NCBI GenBank assembly: GCA_964347285.1
Contig: CAYFYE010000013.1
Location: 1-34,241 of the forward strand
From: an uncultured Acidimicrobiia bacterium
GTDB taxonomy: Bacteria > Actinomycetota > Acidimicrobiia > Spongiisociales > JAOTWH01
DNA: 34,241 nt
Direction of reading: 5' to 3'
Below the pieces are notes generated by a model. That model was not told where the DNA came from, did no database searches, and saw only the letters and a program-made list of their open reading frames with translations. Shown in pieces: positions 1 to 9,149 of the stretch. Every line of letters starts with the position of its first letter. Within the stretch, counting starts at the first letter, position 1. A program made the position numbers and the translations under genes.

Positions 1-264
1 GGCGCATCCGCTGGCAGCTGCGGGCCACATCGCGATTCCCCACCACTGACTGTCGCTCCAGCACCGGGGCCTGCCCGCCGTGGTGCCGATCACCAAATTC
101 GGGGACACGAACGCACATTCCGCCGAGTATCCGGGATCGGCACGTATCGAGCGGATACACGGCGCGCACGAGCCTGTCGCACACGGTCGTGTGTACATCT
201 TGTGGTGGACACAGGGATGCGACCCCGCGATGGGGATTCTTGGGCCACACCTGGCCACACGAGA

Positions 265-300
265 AGCGAGAAACCCCCGCTCTCTGAGAGGGTTTCTGCT
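265..300 (-). terminator. Terminator-like hairpin
   Basis: AGAAACCCCC (269-278) pairs with GAGGGTTTCT (288-297), extended by AGC/GCT. The single mismatch is a G-U pair on the minus strand. Only a weak pyrimidine tail (UCUC) follows. Confidence 0.5.
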
Positions 301-468
301 ACCGGGCGAGCCAGGGAGATCTCGACTGATGCCCCGGTCGATGAACCGAGACCGTTGCGACACCGGGCCGAACCCAATTCAGGTCAAAAGGACCCCGGCC
401 ACGCTTTCGGCATCCTCCACCCGGAGAAGCACGGCCTCGACAGTCAACCGGGATCATCACGGGTCGGG
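265..468 (-). ncRNA. Candidate structured non-coding RNA, family not recognised
   Basis: Long interrupted stem: 323-331/455-466, 332-341/444-453, 346-355/431-440, 363-367/420-424. All four non-Watson-Crick positions in the two 10-bp helices are G-U on the minus strand. It is followed by a terminator-like hairpin and no convincing protein is encoded here. Confidence 0.45.
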
Positions 469-533
469 CGCGAGCACACCCCATGGTTCTTGGGGAGGTA
501 GTTTCGAGCGTGTCTGAGAGGGGTGTGGCCGAG

Positions 534-1352
534 ATGCGGTTCGCTCTTGCGGCACCGAATGTTGGGCAGTTTGGTGATCCGCGGGCAGCCGCCCGTTTGG
601 CCGTGGCGGCGGAGGATGCCGGCTGGGATGGCTACTTCGTTTGGGACGTTCTTGGATTCATGTGGGATGAGCCGCGTCCGACGTTCGACCCGTGGATCAT
701 TCTGACTGCCATCGCTGCGGCTACTGAGCGAATCCGTTTGGGGACGGATGTGGCAGCTCTGCCACGCTATCAACCCCACCTCCTGGCGATGACCTTGGCG
801 AACCTCGACGGCCTGTCTGAAGGTCGCCTGATTCTCGGTGTGGGCCTCGGTTTCTTCGAGCGCGAGTTCAGCGCCTTCGGGCAGCCGAGCAACCCGCACG
901 CCCGGGCAGAGAAGGTGGACGAAGGGCTGGAGGTCATGACCCGGCTCTGGTCGGGCGAGGAAGTCACTCACCGGGGCAAGCACTACACCGTTGAGAACGT
1001 GACGCTGGCACCGTCCCCGGTGCAGCGGCCGCGCATCCCGATATGGATCGGGGGCGACAGCCCTCCCGCTCTCCGGAGGGCAGGCCGATGGGATGGCTGG
1101 TTTGGTCCTACCGACCCCTGGAAGACGTGGACCCCAGACGACCTCGTCGTCTTTCGTCGGGACATCGAGCGGGAGCGCCGGGCCCAGGAGCCTGTGGAGA
1201 TCGGCTGGGGAGGCTTCTCCTATCCCGGCGGTCGGGAGCTCGTGGAAGGCTACGGCCGGGCCGGTGCCACATGGTGGATCGAGGTCGTCGATGCGACCCG
1301 GGGCAGCTTCGAGGAGCACCTGAACCGGGTGGCCCAGGGCCCTCCGCGGTGA
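534..1352 (+). CDS. LLM-class flavin-dependent oxidoreductase (luciferase-like; possibly F420-dependent)
   Basis: MRFALAAP start, AEDAGWDGYFVWD, DPWIILTAIAAATERIRLGT, LSEGRLILGVGLG, PVQRPRIPIWIGG. ATG 534 chosen over the upstream in-frame starts. Confidence 0.92.
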   Translation: MRFALAAPNVGQFGDPRAAARLAVAAEDAGWDGYFVWDVLGFMWDEPRPTFDPWIILTAIAAATERIRLGTDVAALPRYQPHLLAMTLANLDGLSEGRLILGVGLGFFEREFSAFGQPSNPHARAEKVDEGLEVMTRLWSGEEVTHRGKHYTVENVTLAPSPVQRPRIPIWIGGDSPPALRRAGRWDGWFGPTDPWKTWTPDDLVVFRRDIERERRAQEPVEIGWGGFSYPGGRELVEGYGRAGATWWIEVVDATRGSFEEHLNRVAQGPPR

Positions 1353-1530
1353 CGCTGGATCTCTGCCGATCGGGGCGTGGCTTCTCGACCCGGCGTGGGT
1401 ACGAGCCGTACTTTGTGCAGTCGGTGTCGATGTACGGCGCGGCCTTGCCGAGCGCACCGTGTCGACAGGACCGCCGCCGACCGGATCGTCGAGAGAGCCG
1501 ATGTGGCAGCCGGCTTCGCCGAACCAGCGA

Positions 1531-1725
1531 TCAGGCTGCCACGGCCTCTACCGGTCCCCCATCCTCGAGAATCACTTTCTTGCCACCGAGCAGCGAGCCG
1601 TAGACGACACTGCCGGGATCTTCGACCTTGAACTTGGCCGGCGTAGAGATGACCGTCCCGGTCGGGGTGGCGCCCGATTGCAACTCGCAATCCCTTGGCG
1701 CCGAAGATGTAGTGCTCAAGAAGTG
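1531..1725 (-). pseudogene. Possible gene remnant or small ORF of unknown family
   Basis: 62-aa ORF with a protein-like C-terminal part (GTVISTPAKFKVEDPGSVVYGSLLGGKKVILEDGG). An adjacent frame upstream reads LLEHYIFGAKG, suggesting a frameshifted fragment. Confidence 0.3.
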
Positions 1726-1787
1726 ATCGTCAAAGCGACGGGGAGTGACACCCGCCGATACGGCGGTGATGCCGGAACCCGGCTCGC

Positions 1788-2846
1788 TCAGCGGGTCTTC
1801 GTCAGCGTTCGGGCCAGGGCTTCCAGGAGGCGATCGTTCTCGTCGGGGGCCCGTGCCGTGATTCGCACGTACCTCTCGAGGGCGCCGCGCCGGTAGCTCC
1901 GAACCACCAAGCCCTCACCGAGGAGGCGGCCGGCAACGGCGGGGGCCTCGTCGCCGACCTCGCACAGGAGGAAGTTGGTGGTCGACGGCAGGACCCGCAA
2001 TCCCAATGCCGTCAGTTGGGCGGCCAGCGTGGTGCGGACCTCGGTCAGGGCGGCAACGGTGGCCGCGGCGCGCTCCGGCTCGAGCAGGGCGCGGGTGGCC
2101 AGGGCGGCCGAAACGGAGGAGATGCTCCCGGGCGGCCGGACCGCCTGCAGGGCTGCAGCCAGATCCTCGCTGGAGAGCGAGTAGCCGACCCGGGCCCCGG
2201 CCAGCCCGAAGGCCTTCGACATCGTGTGGAGGACCACCAGGTTGTGATAGCGGTCCAACCACGGGGACCAGTCGTCGCCACAGAACTCGGCGTAGGCGGC
2301 ATCGATCACCACGGTGGTTCCGGTGGAGAGGACCGATTCGACGGCGACATCGGGTTGGCGCCGCCCGGTGGGATTGTGGGGGACGCAGAGCCAGATGAGG
2401 TCGGCCCGGCGGGCCGCGGCCACGACCTCGGCCTCGGGGAAGGCGAAGTCCGGCTGGCGGCGGGCGACGTCGACCAGGCGGGCATCCTGTTGCCGGGTGG
2501 CTATCGCATACATGGGATAGCCCGGCGCGGTGGCCACCGCCACCCCGCCCGGCCGGAGAAACGCCTTGGCACACAGCAGGATCAGCTCGTCGATCCCGGC
2601 ACCGGCGACGACCCGGGAGGGGGCCAGGCCGAAGCGGGCCCCGGCGGTGGTACGGAGGTCCAGGTAGTCGGCCGGTGGGTATTCATTGATCCCCGCCGCG
2701 GCGGCGGCCGCCACTTCGGGGGCCCACGGCGCCGCGAACGGCGATGTGTTGTGGTCGAATCGGAGCACATCGCTCTTCGGGATGCCGGCCCGCCGGGCTA
2801 TCTCACCCGTGGTGGGCTGCCATTCGTAGACCGGTGGATCGGCCAT
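1788..2846 (-). CDS. hisC: Histidinol-phosphate aminotransferase family (PLP class I/II)
   Basis: GAGIDELI, PHNPTG, IDAAYAEF, HTMSKAFGLAGARVGY (PLP lysine), STTNFLL, YVRIT. Confidence 0.85.
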   Translation of the reverse strand: MADPPVYEWQPTTGEIARRAGIPKSDVLRFDHNTSPFAAPWAPEVAAAAAAGINEYPPADYLDLRTTAGARFGLAPSRVVAGAGIDELILLCAKAFLRPGGVAVATAPGYPMYAIATRQQDARLVDVARRQPDFAFPEAEVVAAARRADLIWLCVPHNPTGRRQPDVAVESVLSTGTTVVIDAAYAEFCGDDWSPWLDRYHNLVVLHTMSKAFGLAGARVGYSLSSEDLAAALQAVRPPGSISSVSAALATRALLEPERAAATVAALTEVRTTLAAQLTALGLRVLPSTTNFLLCEVGDEAPAVAGRLLGEGLVVRSYRRGALERYVRITARAPDENDRLLEALARTLTKTR

Positions 2847-2935
2847 GCCTGCATCCTGGCATCAGAGGGGCTCCCGGCCGATTCGGCCGGATGCTGTTGC
2901 ACATTCGACAAACGGAGCTCGGCTCGTTCAGAGCC

Positions 2936-4228
2936 TCACTCGAACTGCTCTTCTTCGGTCGAACCGTGCAGTGCCAGGGTCGACGACAGCCCTCCGGAAA
3001 CCACCTGCGACACCTCGTCGAAGTAGCCGGCGCCCACCTCCCGCTGGTGACGGGTCGCGGTGTATCCGGCCTCTTCCATGGCGAACTCGGATTCCTGGAG
3101 TTGCACGTAGGCGGCCATGCCTTCGAGGGCGTACGCCCTGGCCAGCTGGAACATCGAGGCATTGAGCGCGTGGAAGCCGGCCAGGGTGATGAACTGGAAC
3201 TTGTATCCCATGGCGGCCAGCTCCTTCTGGAAGGTGGCGATGGTGGCGTCGTCGAGGTGGCGCTTCCAGTTGAACGACGGCGAGCAGTTGTAGGCGAGCA
3301 GCTTGCCCGGGTACTCCTCGTGGATGGCTGCGGCGAAGCGTGCCGCCTCGCCGAGATCGGGAGTGGAGGTCTCACACCAGATGAGGTCGCAGTAGGGGGC
3401 GTAGGCGAGACCCCTACTGATTGCGGCATCCATGCTGGGCCGCGCCTCGAGGAAGCCCTCCGGCGTGCGGCGGTCGGTGATGTGCCCCCGATCTCGCTCG
3501 TCGATGTCGCTGGTGATCAGCGTTGCGGCCAGCGAGTCGGTTCGGGCCAGGATGAGGGTGGGAACCCCCGCAACGTCGGCCGCCAGGCGGGCTGCGGTGA
3601 GTGTGCGAATGTGCTGGCTGGTCGGAACCAGCACCTTTCCTCCCATGTGGCCGCACTTCTTTTCCGACGCGAGCTGATCCTCGAAGTGGATGGCGGCCGC
3701 TCCGGCCTCGATGAAGGCCTTGGTGAGCTCGAACGCGTTCAAGGCGCCTCCGAACCCGGCCTCCCCGTCGGCGACGATCGGCAGCATCCAGTCCCGGTCG
3801 TAATCGCCTTCTGCCCAGTGGACCTGATCGGCCCGGCGTAGGGCGTTGTTGATGCGCTCCACCAGGGCCGGTCCGCTGTTGGACGGGTAGAGGCTCTGAT
3901 CCGGGTAGACCTCTCCGGCCAGGTTGGCATCGCCGGCTACCTGCCACCCGCTGAGGTAAACCGCCTTGAGCCCGGCTTTGGCCATCTGAACTGCCTGGTT
4001 TCCACTGAGCGCTCCCAGGGCGGGGACGAAGTTCTCCTCAGAGAGAAGGCGCCACAGGGTCTCGGCACCGTGGCGGGCCAGGGTGTGCTCGACGGGGAAC
4101 GAACCGCGCAGCCGTATGACGTCCTCGGCGGTGTAGTTGCGCCGGATGCCCTTCCAGCGAGGATTGGACGCCCACTCCTCGTTGAGCGCCTTGGCTTCAC
4201 GACGGATGCGAGCCTGAGTGTCGGTCAT
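2936..4228 (-). CDS. aceA: Isocitrate lyase
   Basis: Catalytic [11 protein letters not shown] motif, [28 protein letters not shown]-terminal GSTEEEQF. Start overlaps the aceB stop (ATGA). Confidence 0.98.
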   Translation of the reverse strand: MTDTQARIRREAKALNEEWASNPRWKGIRRNYTAEDVIRLRGSFPVEHTLARHGAETLWRLLSEENFVPALGALSGNQAVQMAKAGLKAVYLSGWQVAGDANLAGEVYPDQSLYPSNSGPALVERINNALRRADQVHWAEGDYDRDWMLPIVADGEAGFGGALNAFELTKAFIEAGAAAIHFEDQLASEKKCGHMGGKVLVPTSQHIRTLTAARLAADVAGVPTLILARTDSLAATLITSDIDERDRGHITDRRTPEGFLEARPSMDAAISRGLAYAPYCDLIWCETSTPDLGEAARFAAAIHEEYPGKLLAYNCSPSFNWKRHLDDATIATFQKELAAMGYKFQFITLAGFHALNASMFQLARAYALEGMAAYVQLQESEFAMEEAGYTATRHQREVGAGYFDEVSQVVSGGLSSTLALHGSTEEEQFE

Positions 4229-5823
4229 CGTTCCTCCGTATCGGTGATCAGCTGGTAAGCGGGAATCGTCAGGAACTCGACGAACTCCTCGTCGAGGGCC
4301 ACACGTTCGAAGAGTGCCCGGGCGTCGGGGAAGCGACCGGATTCGTAGGTCTCGTCCCCGATGGCCTCGCGTATCTTGGCGAGTTCTTCGTCGATGATGG
4401 CGGTGACCAGCTCTCGGGTCACTGGGCGTTCATCGTCGAGAGGGGCCCGATGGTGGACCCACTGCCACACCTGGGATCGGGAGATCTCGGCGGTGGCGGT
4501 GTCCTCCATCAGGTTGAAGAGTCCGGCGGCTCCCACCCCGCGCAGCCAAGACTCCAAGTAGAGAATGCCCACGCTCACGTTGGTGCGCAGGCCCGGTTCG
4601 GTGATCGTGCCTCCCTCGATGGGAATGTCGAGGAGCTCTGGGGCCGTCACCGACACATCTTCACGCCGGCGTTCGAGCTGATTGGGCCGGTCACCGAGTA
4701 CTTGATCGAAGATCTCGGTGACCGGCGGAACCAGATCGGGGTGGGCCACCCAGGTGCCATCGCATCCGTCGCCGGCCTCGCGTTCCTTGTCTTCCCGGAC
4801 CTTGGCGATGGCCCGCTCGTTGATGGAGGGATCCTTGCGGCTGGGGATGAAAGCGGCCATCCCCCCGATCGCCTGGGCGCCGCGGCGATGACATGTCTTG
4901 ACGAGCAACTCGGTGTAGGCCCGCATGAAGGGGACGGTCATCGTGACCTGGGCTCGATCGGGCAGGACGAAATCGGAACGATCGCGGAACTTCTTGATGA
5001 CGCTGAATATGTAGTCCCAACGCCCGGCATTGAGACCGGACGAATGAGCCCGCAGCTCGTAGAGGATCTCTTCCATCTCGAAAGCGGCCAGGATCGTCTC
5101 GATGAGAACGGTGGCCCGGATGGTCCCGGAAGGGATACCTAGCTCCTGCTGGGCAAACTCGAAGACCTCGTTCCATAGGCGGGCCTCGAGGTGACTCTCC
5201 AGCTTGGGGAGATAGAAATAGGGTCCCGATCCCCGCTCGAGGAGGGCCCGGGCATTGTGGAACAGGTACAAGCCGAAGTCGAAGAGTGACGCTGAGACCG
5301 GCTCGCCGTCGAGGCGGGCGTGCTCCTCAGCGAGATGCCAGCCCCTAGGGCGGACCATGAGCGTTGCCGTCTCTTCGCCGAGCCGGTAGAGCTGGCCGTC
5401 GGGACTCTCGAACTCGATGGTTCCGGTGACGGCGTCGATGAGGTTGGCCTGGCCCTCGATCATCAATTGCCAGTAGGGCGATGCCGAGTCCTCCAGGTCG
5501 GCCATGAACACCTTGGCACCGGAATTCAGGGCGTTGATCATCATCTTGCGATCGACCGGTCCGGTGATCTCCACCCGGCGGTCGAGAAGGTCTCGAGGGG
5601 GGTCGGCGACCTGCCAATCGCCGGTGCGAACATGCTCGGTTTCCCTGAGGAAGTCGGGCATTTCGCCCGCGCTGATCTTGGCCTGGCGATCCCGGCGGGC
5701 GGCCAGCAGCTGCAATCTGGTGGAGTTGAACCTCCGGTGGAGCGCTTCCACGAAGCCCAGGGCCTCGGGTGTCAGGATCTCAGGCGAGCGCGGCGAGGCC
5801 GGGCCGTGAGTCTCGATGGGCAT
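4225..5823 (-). CDS. aceB: Malate synthase A
   Basis: [83 protein letters not shown]. 532 aa from ATG 5823, with GAGGA upstream. Confidence 0.97.
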   Translation of the reverse strand: MPIETHGPASPRSPEILTPEALGFVEALHRRFNSTRLQLLAARRDRQAKISAGEMPDFLRETEHVRTGDWQVADPPRDLLDRRVEITGPVDRKMMINALNSGAKVFMADLEDSASPYWQLMIEGQANLIDAVTGTIEFESPDGQLYRLGEETATLMVRPRGWHLAEEHARLDGEPVSASLFDFGLYLFHNARALLERGSGPYFYLPKLESHLEARLWNEVFEFAQQELGIPSGTIRATVLIETILAAFEMEEILYELRAHSSGLNAGRWDYIFSVIKKFRDRSDFVLPDRAQVTMTVPFMRAYTELLVKTCHRRGAQAIGGMAAFIPSRKDPSINERAIAKVREDKEREAGDGCDGTWVAHPDLVPPVTEIFDQVLGDRPNQLERRREDVSVTAPELLDIPIEGGTITEPGLRTNVSVGILYLESWLRGVGAAGLFNLMEDTATAEISRSQVWQWVHHRAPLDDERPVTRELVTAIIDEELAKIREAIGDETYESGRFPDARALFERVALDEEFVEFLTIPAYQLITDTEER

Positions 5824-5883
5824 GGCGAGTCCTCTTCGGGTGGGGTTGCGCCGACCATTGTGCCATCCCGACGATGTCCGAAT

Positions 5884-5904
5884 CCCGCCCCGCACCGGGG
5901 CGGG
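5884..5904 (-). terminator. GC hairpin between the SDR gene and aceB
   Basis: CCCGCCCCG-cac-CGGGGCGGG, a perfect 9-bp stem 7 nt past the SDR stop. Confidence 0.55.
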
Positions 5905-5911
5905 GAGTCTC

Positions 5912-6634
5912 CTACAGCCGGCCGTAGACTGGAATCAACGCCCCATTCACCACCCGGGAGTCCTCTGAGGCGAGGAAGTCGATCACGGCGGCGATCTCGT
6001 CGGGCTGCGGCCATTCCATGTAGTCGGCGTAGGGCATGGCCTCGCGGGTGGCGGGAGTGTCGATGACCGCCGGCACCACCGCATTGGCGGTGACTTCGGT
6101 TCCTGCCAGCTCGTGGGCCACCGTCCGGGCCAGGGTGATCACCCCGGCCTTGGCGACGTTGTAAGCGGCCTGTCCGGCGGGCGCCTCGAATGCGGCTCTG
6201 CTGCCGACCGCGATGATGCGCCCCCAACCCGACGCACGCAGGTAGGGGACCGCAGCGCGAATCGCATAGAAGGCGGATCGCAGGTTGACGTCGATCATCC
6301 GTTCGAAGCGGACATCGTCGGTCTCCTCGGTGTCCCGGCCCCCAGCCCATTTGCCGACGAGACAGCAGAGTACGTGCAGGCCGCCGAACTGATCGGCGAT
6401 CTCCTTCATGAAGTCGCTGACCGCCTCCGGATCCGTGGCGTCCACCCGACGCAGCAACAGTCGCTCCTCGTCCAGTCCCACCTCGTTCTCAAAGGCGGCG
6501 CCTTCCTCGGGCACGAGGTAGCTGACTGCCAGGCGATGACCCCGGGCTATGAATCGCCGAGCTACGGCCCTCCCCAAGCTGCCGGTGCCTCCGGTGATGA
6601 CGGCGACCCTGGCCTCGGTCGCGTTGGCGGCCAT
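5912..6634 (-). CDS. Short-chain dehydrogenase/reductase
   Basis: TGGTGSLG Rossmann motif, catalytic [30 protein letters not shown] lies 6 nt before the ATG. Confidence 0.93.
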   Translation of the reverse strand: MAANATEARVAVITGGTGSLGRAVARRFIARGHRLAVSYLVPEEGAAFENEVGLDEERLLLRRVDATDPEAVSDFMKEIADQFGGLHVLCCLVGKWAGGRDTEETDDVRFERMIDVNLRSAFYAIRAAVPYLRASGWGRIIAVGSRAAFEAPAGQAAYNVAKAGVITLARTVAHELAGTEVTANAVVPAVIDTPATREAMPYADYMEWPQPDEIAAVIDFLASEDSRVVNGALIPVYGRL

Positions 6635-6724
6635 ACCTAGATTATGCCCCGCCGACGCCCCAACTGCGCCCATTTCGCGCGTTTGGTACCCTCTCTGGAG
6701 GAGCGAACCAGGGAGAGAGAGGCC

Positions 6725-8052
6725 GTGGCAAAGATCGTTATGGAGAACCTCGGCAAGGTCTATCCGGGCGGAACCCGAGCAGTGGGCGATGTCAACCTGG
6801 AGATAGCGGATTCCGAGTTCCTGGTGCTGGTCGGCCCCTCGGGCTGCGGCAAGTCCACGGTGTTGCGGATGATTGCCGGGTTGGAGGACATCAGCGAGGG
6901 GAACATGTACATCGGGGACCGCCTGGTCAACGAGGTGCCCCCCAAGGACCGGGACATCGCCATGGTGTTCCAGAACTACGCCCTGTACCCGCACATGAGC
7001 GTGTTCGACAACATGGCGTTCGGCCTCAAGCTCCGCAAGATGGACAAGGGCGAGATCAGGCGCCGGGTGGAGGAAGCGGCCGGAATCCTCGAGATCACCG
7101 AGTTCCTGGATCGCAAACCCAAGGCCCTCTCCGGCGGGCAGCGCCAGCGAGGGGCGATGGGACGGGCCATCGCTGACACGGGAATTCAGTTCCGGATGCT
7201 CAACACGCGAAAGGGGCCGGCTGTGCAGGCTCCCCGGNNNNNNNNNNAGTGGCGATGGGACGGGCCATCGTGCGGGAGCCGGCCGTATTCCTGATGGACG
7301 AGCCGCTCTCCAACCTCGATGCCAAGTTGCGCGTGCAAATGCGTGCCGAGCTGGGTCTTCTCCATTCCCGCCTCGGTACCACCACCGTGTATGTCACCCA
7401 CGACCAGGTGGAGGCCATGACGCTGGGTCACCGGGTGGCGGTGATGAAGCCGGTCACTCCCAAGCGACCCGACAACCTCCAGCAGGTGGCGCCGCCCGCC
7501 GAGCTCTTCCATGAGCCGGTCAACCTGTTCGTGGCCGGGTTCATCGGCAGCCCGGCGATGAACTTGGTGAACGGGCATCTCGAAAGCAGCAACGGCGAGG
7601 TCGACTCCGTATTTGGGCAGCACCGGCTGCGGGTCGCCCGGCGGGCCCTGGATCGCCATCCCGGCATCGAGGATCACATGAACAAGGAGCTGGTCATCGG
7701 CATCCGCCCCGGCGACTTCGAGGACTCCCGTGTGGCCGGAGAGGCGCCGGAGCGGACCATGGAGGTCGACATCGATTTGACCGAGGTGCTCGGCTCGGAG
7801 ACATTCGTGCACTATTTCTTGCCGCTGGCACCGGTGATCACTCCGGACATCGAGGAGCTGCTGGCCGACACCGGGGCCGACGCCTCGAGCCTCGGGAACG
7901 AAACCAAGTTCGAGTCCCGAATCAGCTCCGACATAACGGTCTCTCGGGGCGACCGGGTCAAACTCGTGGTGGACACCGCCAAGTTCCACTTCTTCGATCC
8001 GGAAAGTGGAAACCGGATCGGAGCGAGAAAGGCGGCTACCCAGTCTGCTTGA
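6725..8052 (+). CDS. Stand-alone sugar ABC transporter ATPase (MsiK/MsmX/UgpC family), interrupted by an assembly gap and a foreign fragment
   Basis: Walker [28 protein letters not shown], then [20 protein letters not shown] and YVTHDQ after the gap. Joining 6725-7150 to 7249-8052 gives a clean 409-aa frame. Confidence 0.93.
7151..7247 (+). other. Probable misassembled mnmG/gidA fragment plus 10-N scaffold gap (7238-7247)
   Basis: Translates as [29 protein letters not shown], matching the conserved MnmG segment GIQFRxLNxxKGPAVxAxR. The 20-mer GGCGATGGGACGGGCCATCG occurs at both 7153-7172 and 7251-7270. Confidence 0.88.
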
Positions 8053-8083
8053 GGGCTCCCGGGCCGGGCGGTAAGGAGTCCTC
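8051..8083 (+). terminator. Hairpin after the ABC ATPase
   Basis: GAGGGCTCC...GGAGTCCTC, a 9-bp stem with one G-U pair and a long loop, at the stop codon. Confidence 0.3.
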
Positions 8084-8258
8084 CGAGCAGCTCGAGCCGG
8101 GCAGGAGCCGGTGAGCCCTCACGGCCTCACTCTTCGAGCCGGGCCGGCCTCGATGCAGCCCAGCCGGCAGTCGCAGTGGCGACCGAGGAGGGGAGGGGGC
8201 GGGTCGAGGTTGACGCGGCAGGCGCCGAACTCACGGATCCCCCGACTCGCCACCGATG

Positions 8259-8867
8259 TCAGGACGACGCCAGTCCCCGGGTGACAAAGTTCACCAATTC
8301 GTCGGCGACCTCGGGCAGGCGCTCCTTAGGTTCGGGGGCGTTCATCAGCACCCGGGCCGCCGACATGATCAAGTCCTGAATGAAGGAGCCCAGCACGTCG
8401 GTGGCGACCGACCGAAACTCTCCGGACTCGACGGAACTCTGGTAGATCCGGGCCAACTCCCTCGAGAGGCCGGCGTGGGCGGCGGCCACCCGCTCCTGGG
8501 CCTGGGGACTGAGCTTGGGAACCTCGCGATTGAGGATCAGGCCAAGGTGATCGTTGGCGGCGAAATCGAGCATGCGCACGGTCAGCTCGGCGAATTGAGC
8601 TGCGTGGGGGAGGTCGCGAGGGATCCCGGCGACGATCTCTTCGGTCAGTTCGGGGAGTCGCTGCTCGACCAGGCTGGCGAGCAGGTCCTCCTTGTCGGTG
8701 AAGTACTCGTAGAACGTCGTGCGGCCGATACCGGCCAGCGCGGCTATGTCGGCCAAGGACGTGCCCTGGTAGCCATAGCTCTTGAACTGTTCTTCGGCCG
8801 CTTGGAGGAGGCTGCGGCGAGTGCCTTCCCTTCGTGCGGCGAGCACCGATGGAGATACGGGTGGCAT
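8259..8867 (-). CDS. TetR/AcrR family transcriptional regulator
   Basis: GYQGTSLADIAALAGIGRTTFYEYFTDKEDLL helix-turn-helix. AAGGAG RBS upstream. Confidence 0.95.
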   Translation of the reverse strand: MPPVSPSVLAARREGTRRSLLQAAEEQFKSYGYQGTSLADIAALAGIGRTTFYEYFTDKEDLLASLVEQRLPELTEEIVAGIPRDLPHAAQFAELTVRMLDFAANDHLGLILNREVPKLSPQAQERVAAAHAGLSRELARIYQSSVESGEFRSVATDVLGSFIQDLIMSAARVLMNAPEPKERLPEVADELVNFVTRGLASS

Positions 8868-8981
8868 CGCACTCCTTGCGCAGAGCCTTTCACGCTAGTG
8901 GTCCGCCTGCGCTACTCCCCTTTGCGGGAGTCTGCTCAGCGTCCATCGCAGAGCACTCACGGCAGGCGGCGCAGCGCCAAT

Positions 8982-8999
8982 CCCGACTCGGTGTCGAGC
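8982..8999. promoter_or_regulatory. Candidate TetR operator (CGAC-N5-GTCG) in the divergent promoter region
   Basis: cccgactcggtgtcgagc lies just upstream of a plus-strand TAGCGT -10-like hexamer (9011-9016). The TCGGTGTCG part repeats at 9020-9028. Confidence 0.35.
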
Positions 9000-9149
9000 T
9001 TGACCGCTTGTAGCGTTGATCGGTGTCGTGCGCGACCGGGGGGAGCCGCCCACTGAAACAGAGAGAGATGTCCAGGTGAGATCAGACGGTACGCAGGTGT
9101 CACCGGCTTCAGCCCGGGAGGGCCGCTGGGACCGGCCGAGGCGGGAGCG

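Noticed and set aside
190..207. NrdR-box-like ACATCTTGTGG
   Set aside because: Only a half match, single copy, and no ribonucleotide reductase gene in view.
301..330. tRNA 3'-end remnant (minus strand ...GATCTCCCTGGCTCGCCCG)
   Set aside because: No TTCRA T-loop, no CCA and no cloverleaf.
376..395. Glycine-riboswitch-like TTCAGGTCAAAAGGAC
   Set aside because: The upstream GGAGAG and CCGAAG elements are absent, and the surrounding fold favours the other strand.
6644..7294. Genuine ABC-MnmG fusion or programmed frameshift
   Set aside because: Adjacent to an N-gap and flanked by a duplicated 20-mer. Misassembly is the simpler explanation.
9000..9149. Cobalamin riboswitch or leader peptide upstream of the ABC operon
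   Set aside because: Only a CCACTG fragment is present, with no GGGAA/B12-box pattern. The short ORF ending at 9153 has no supporting features.
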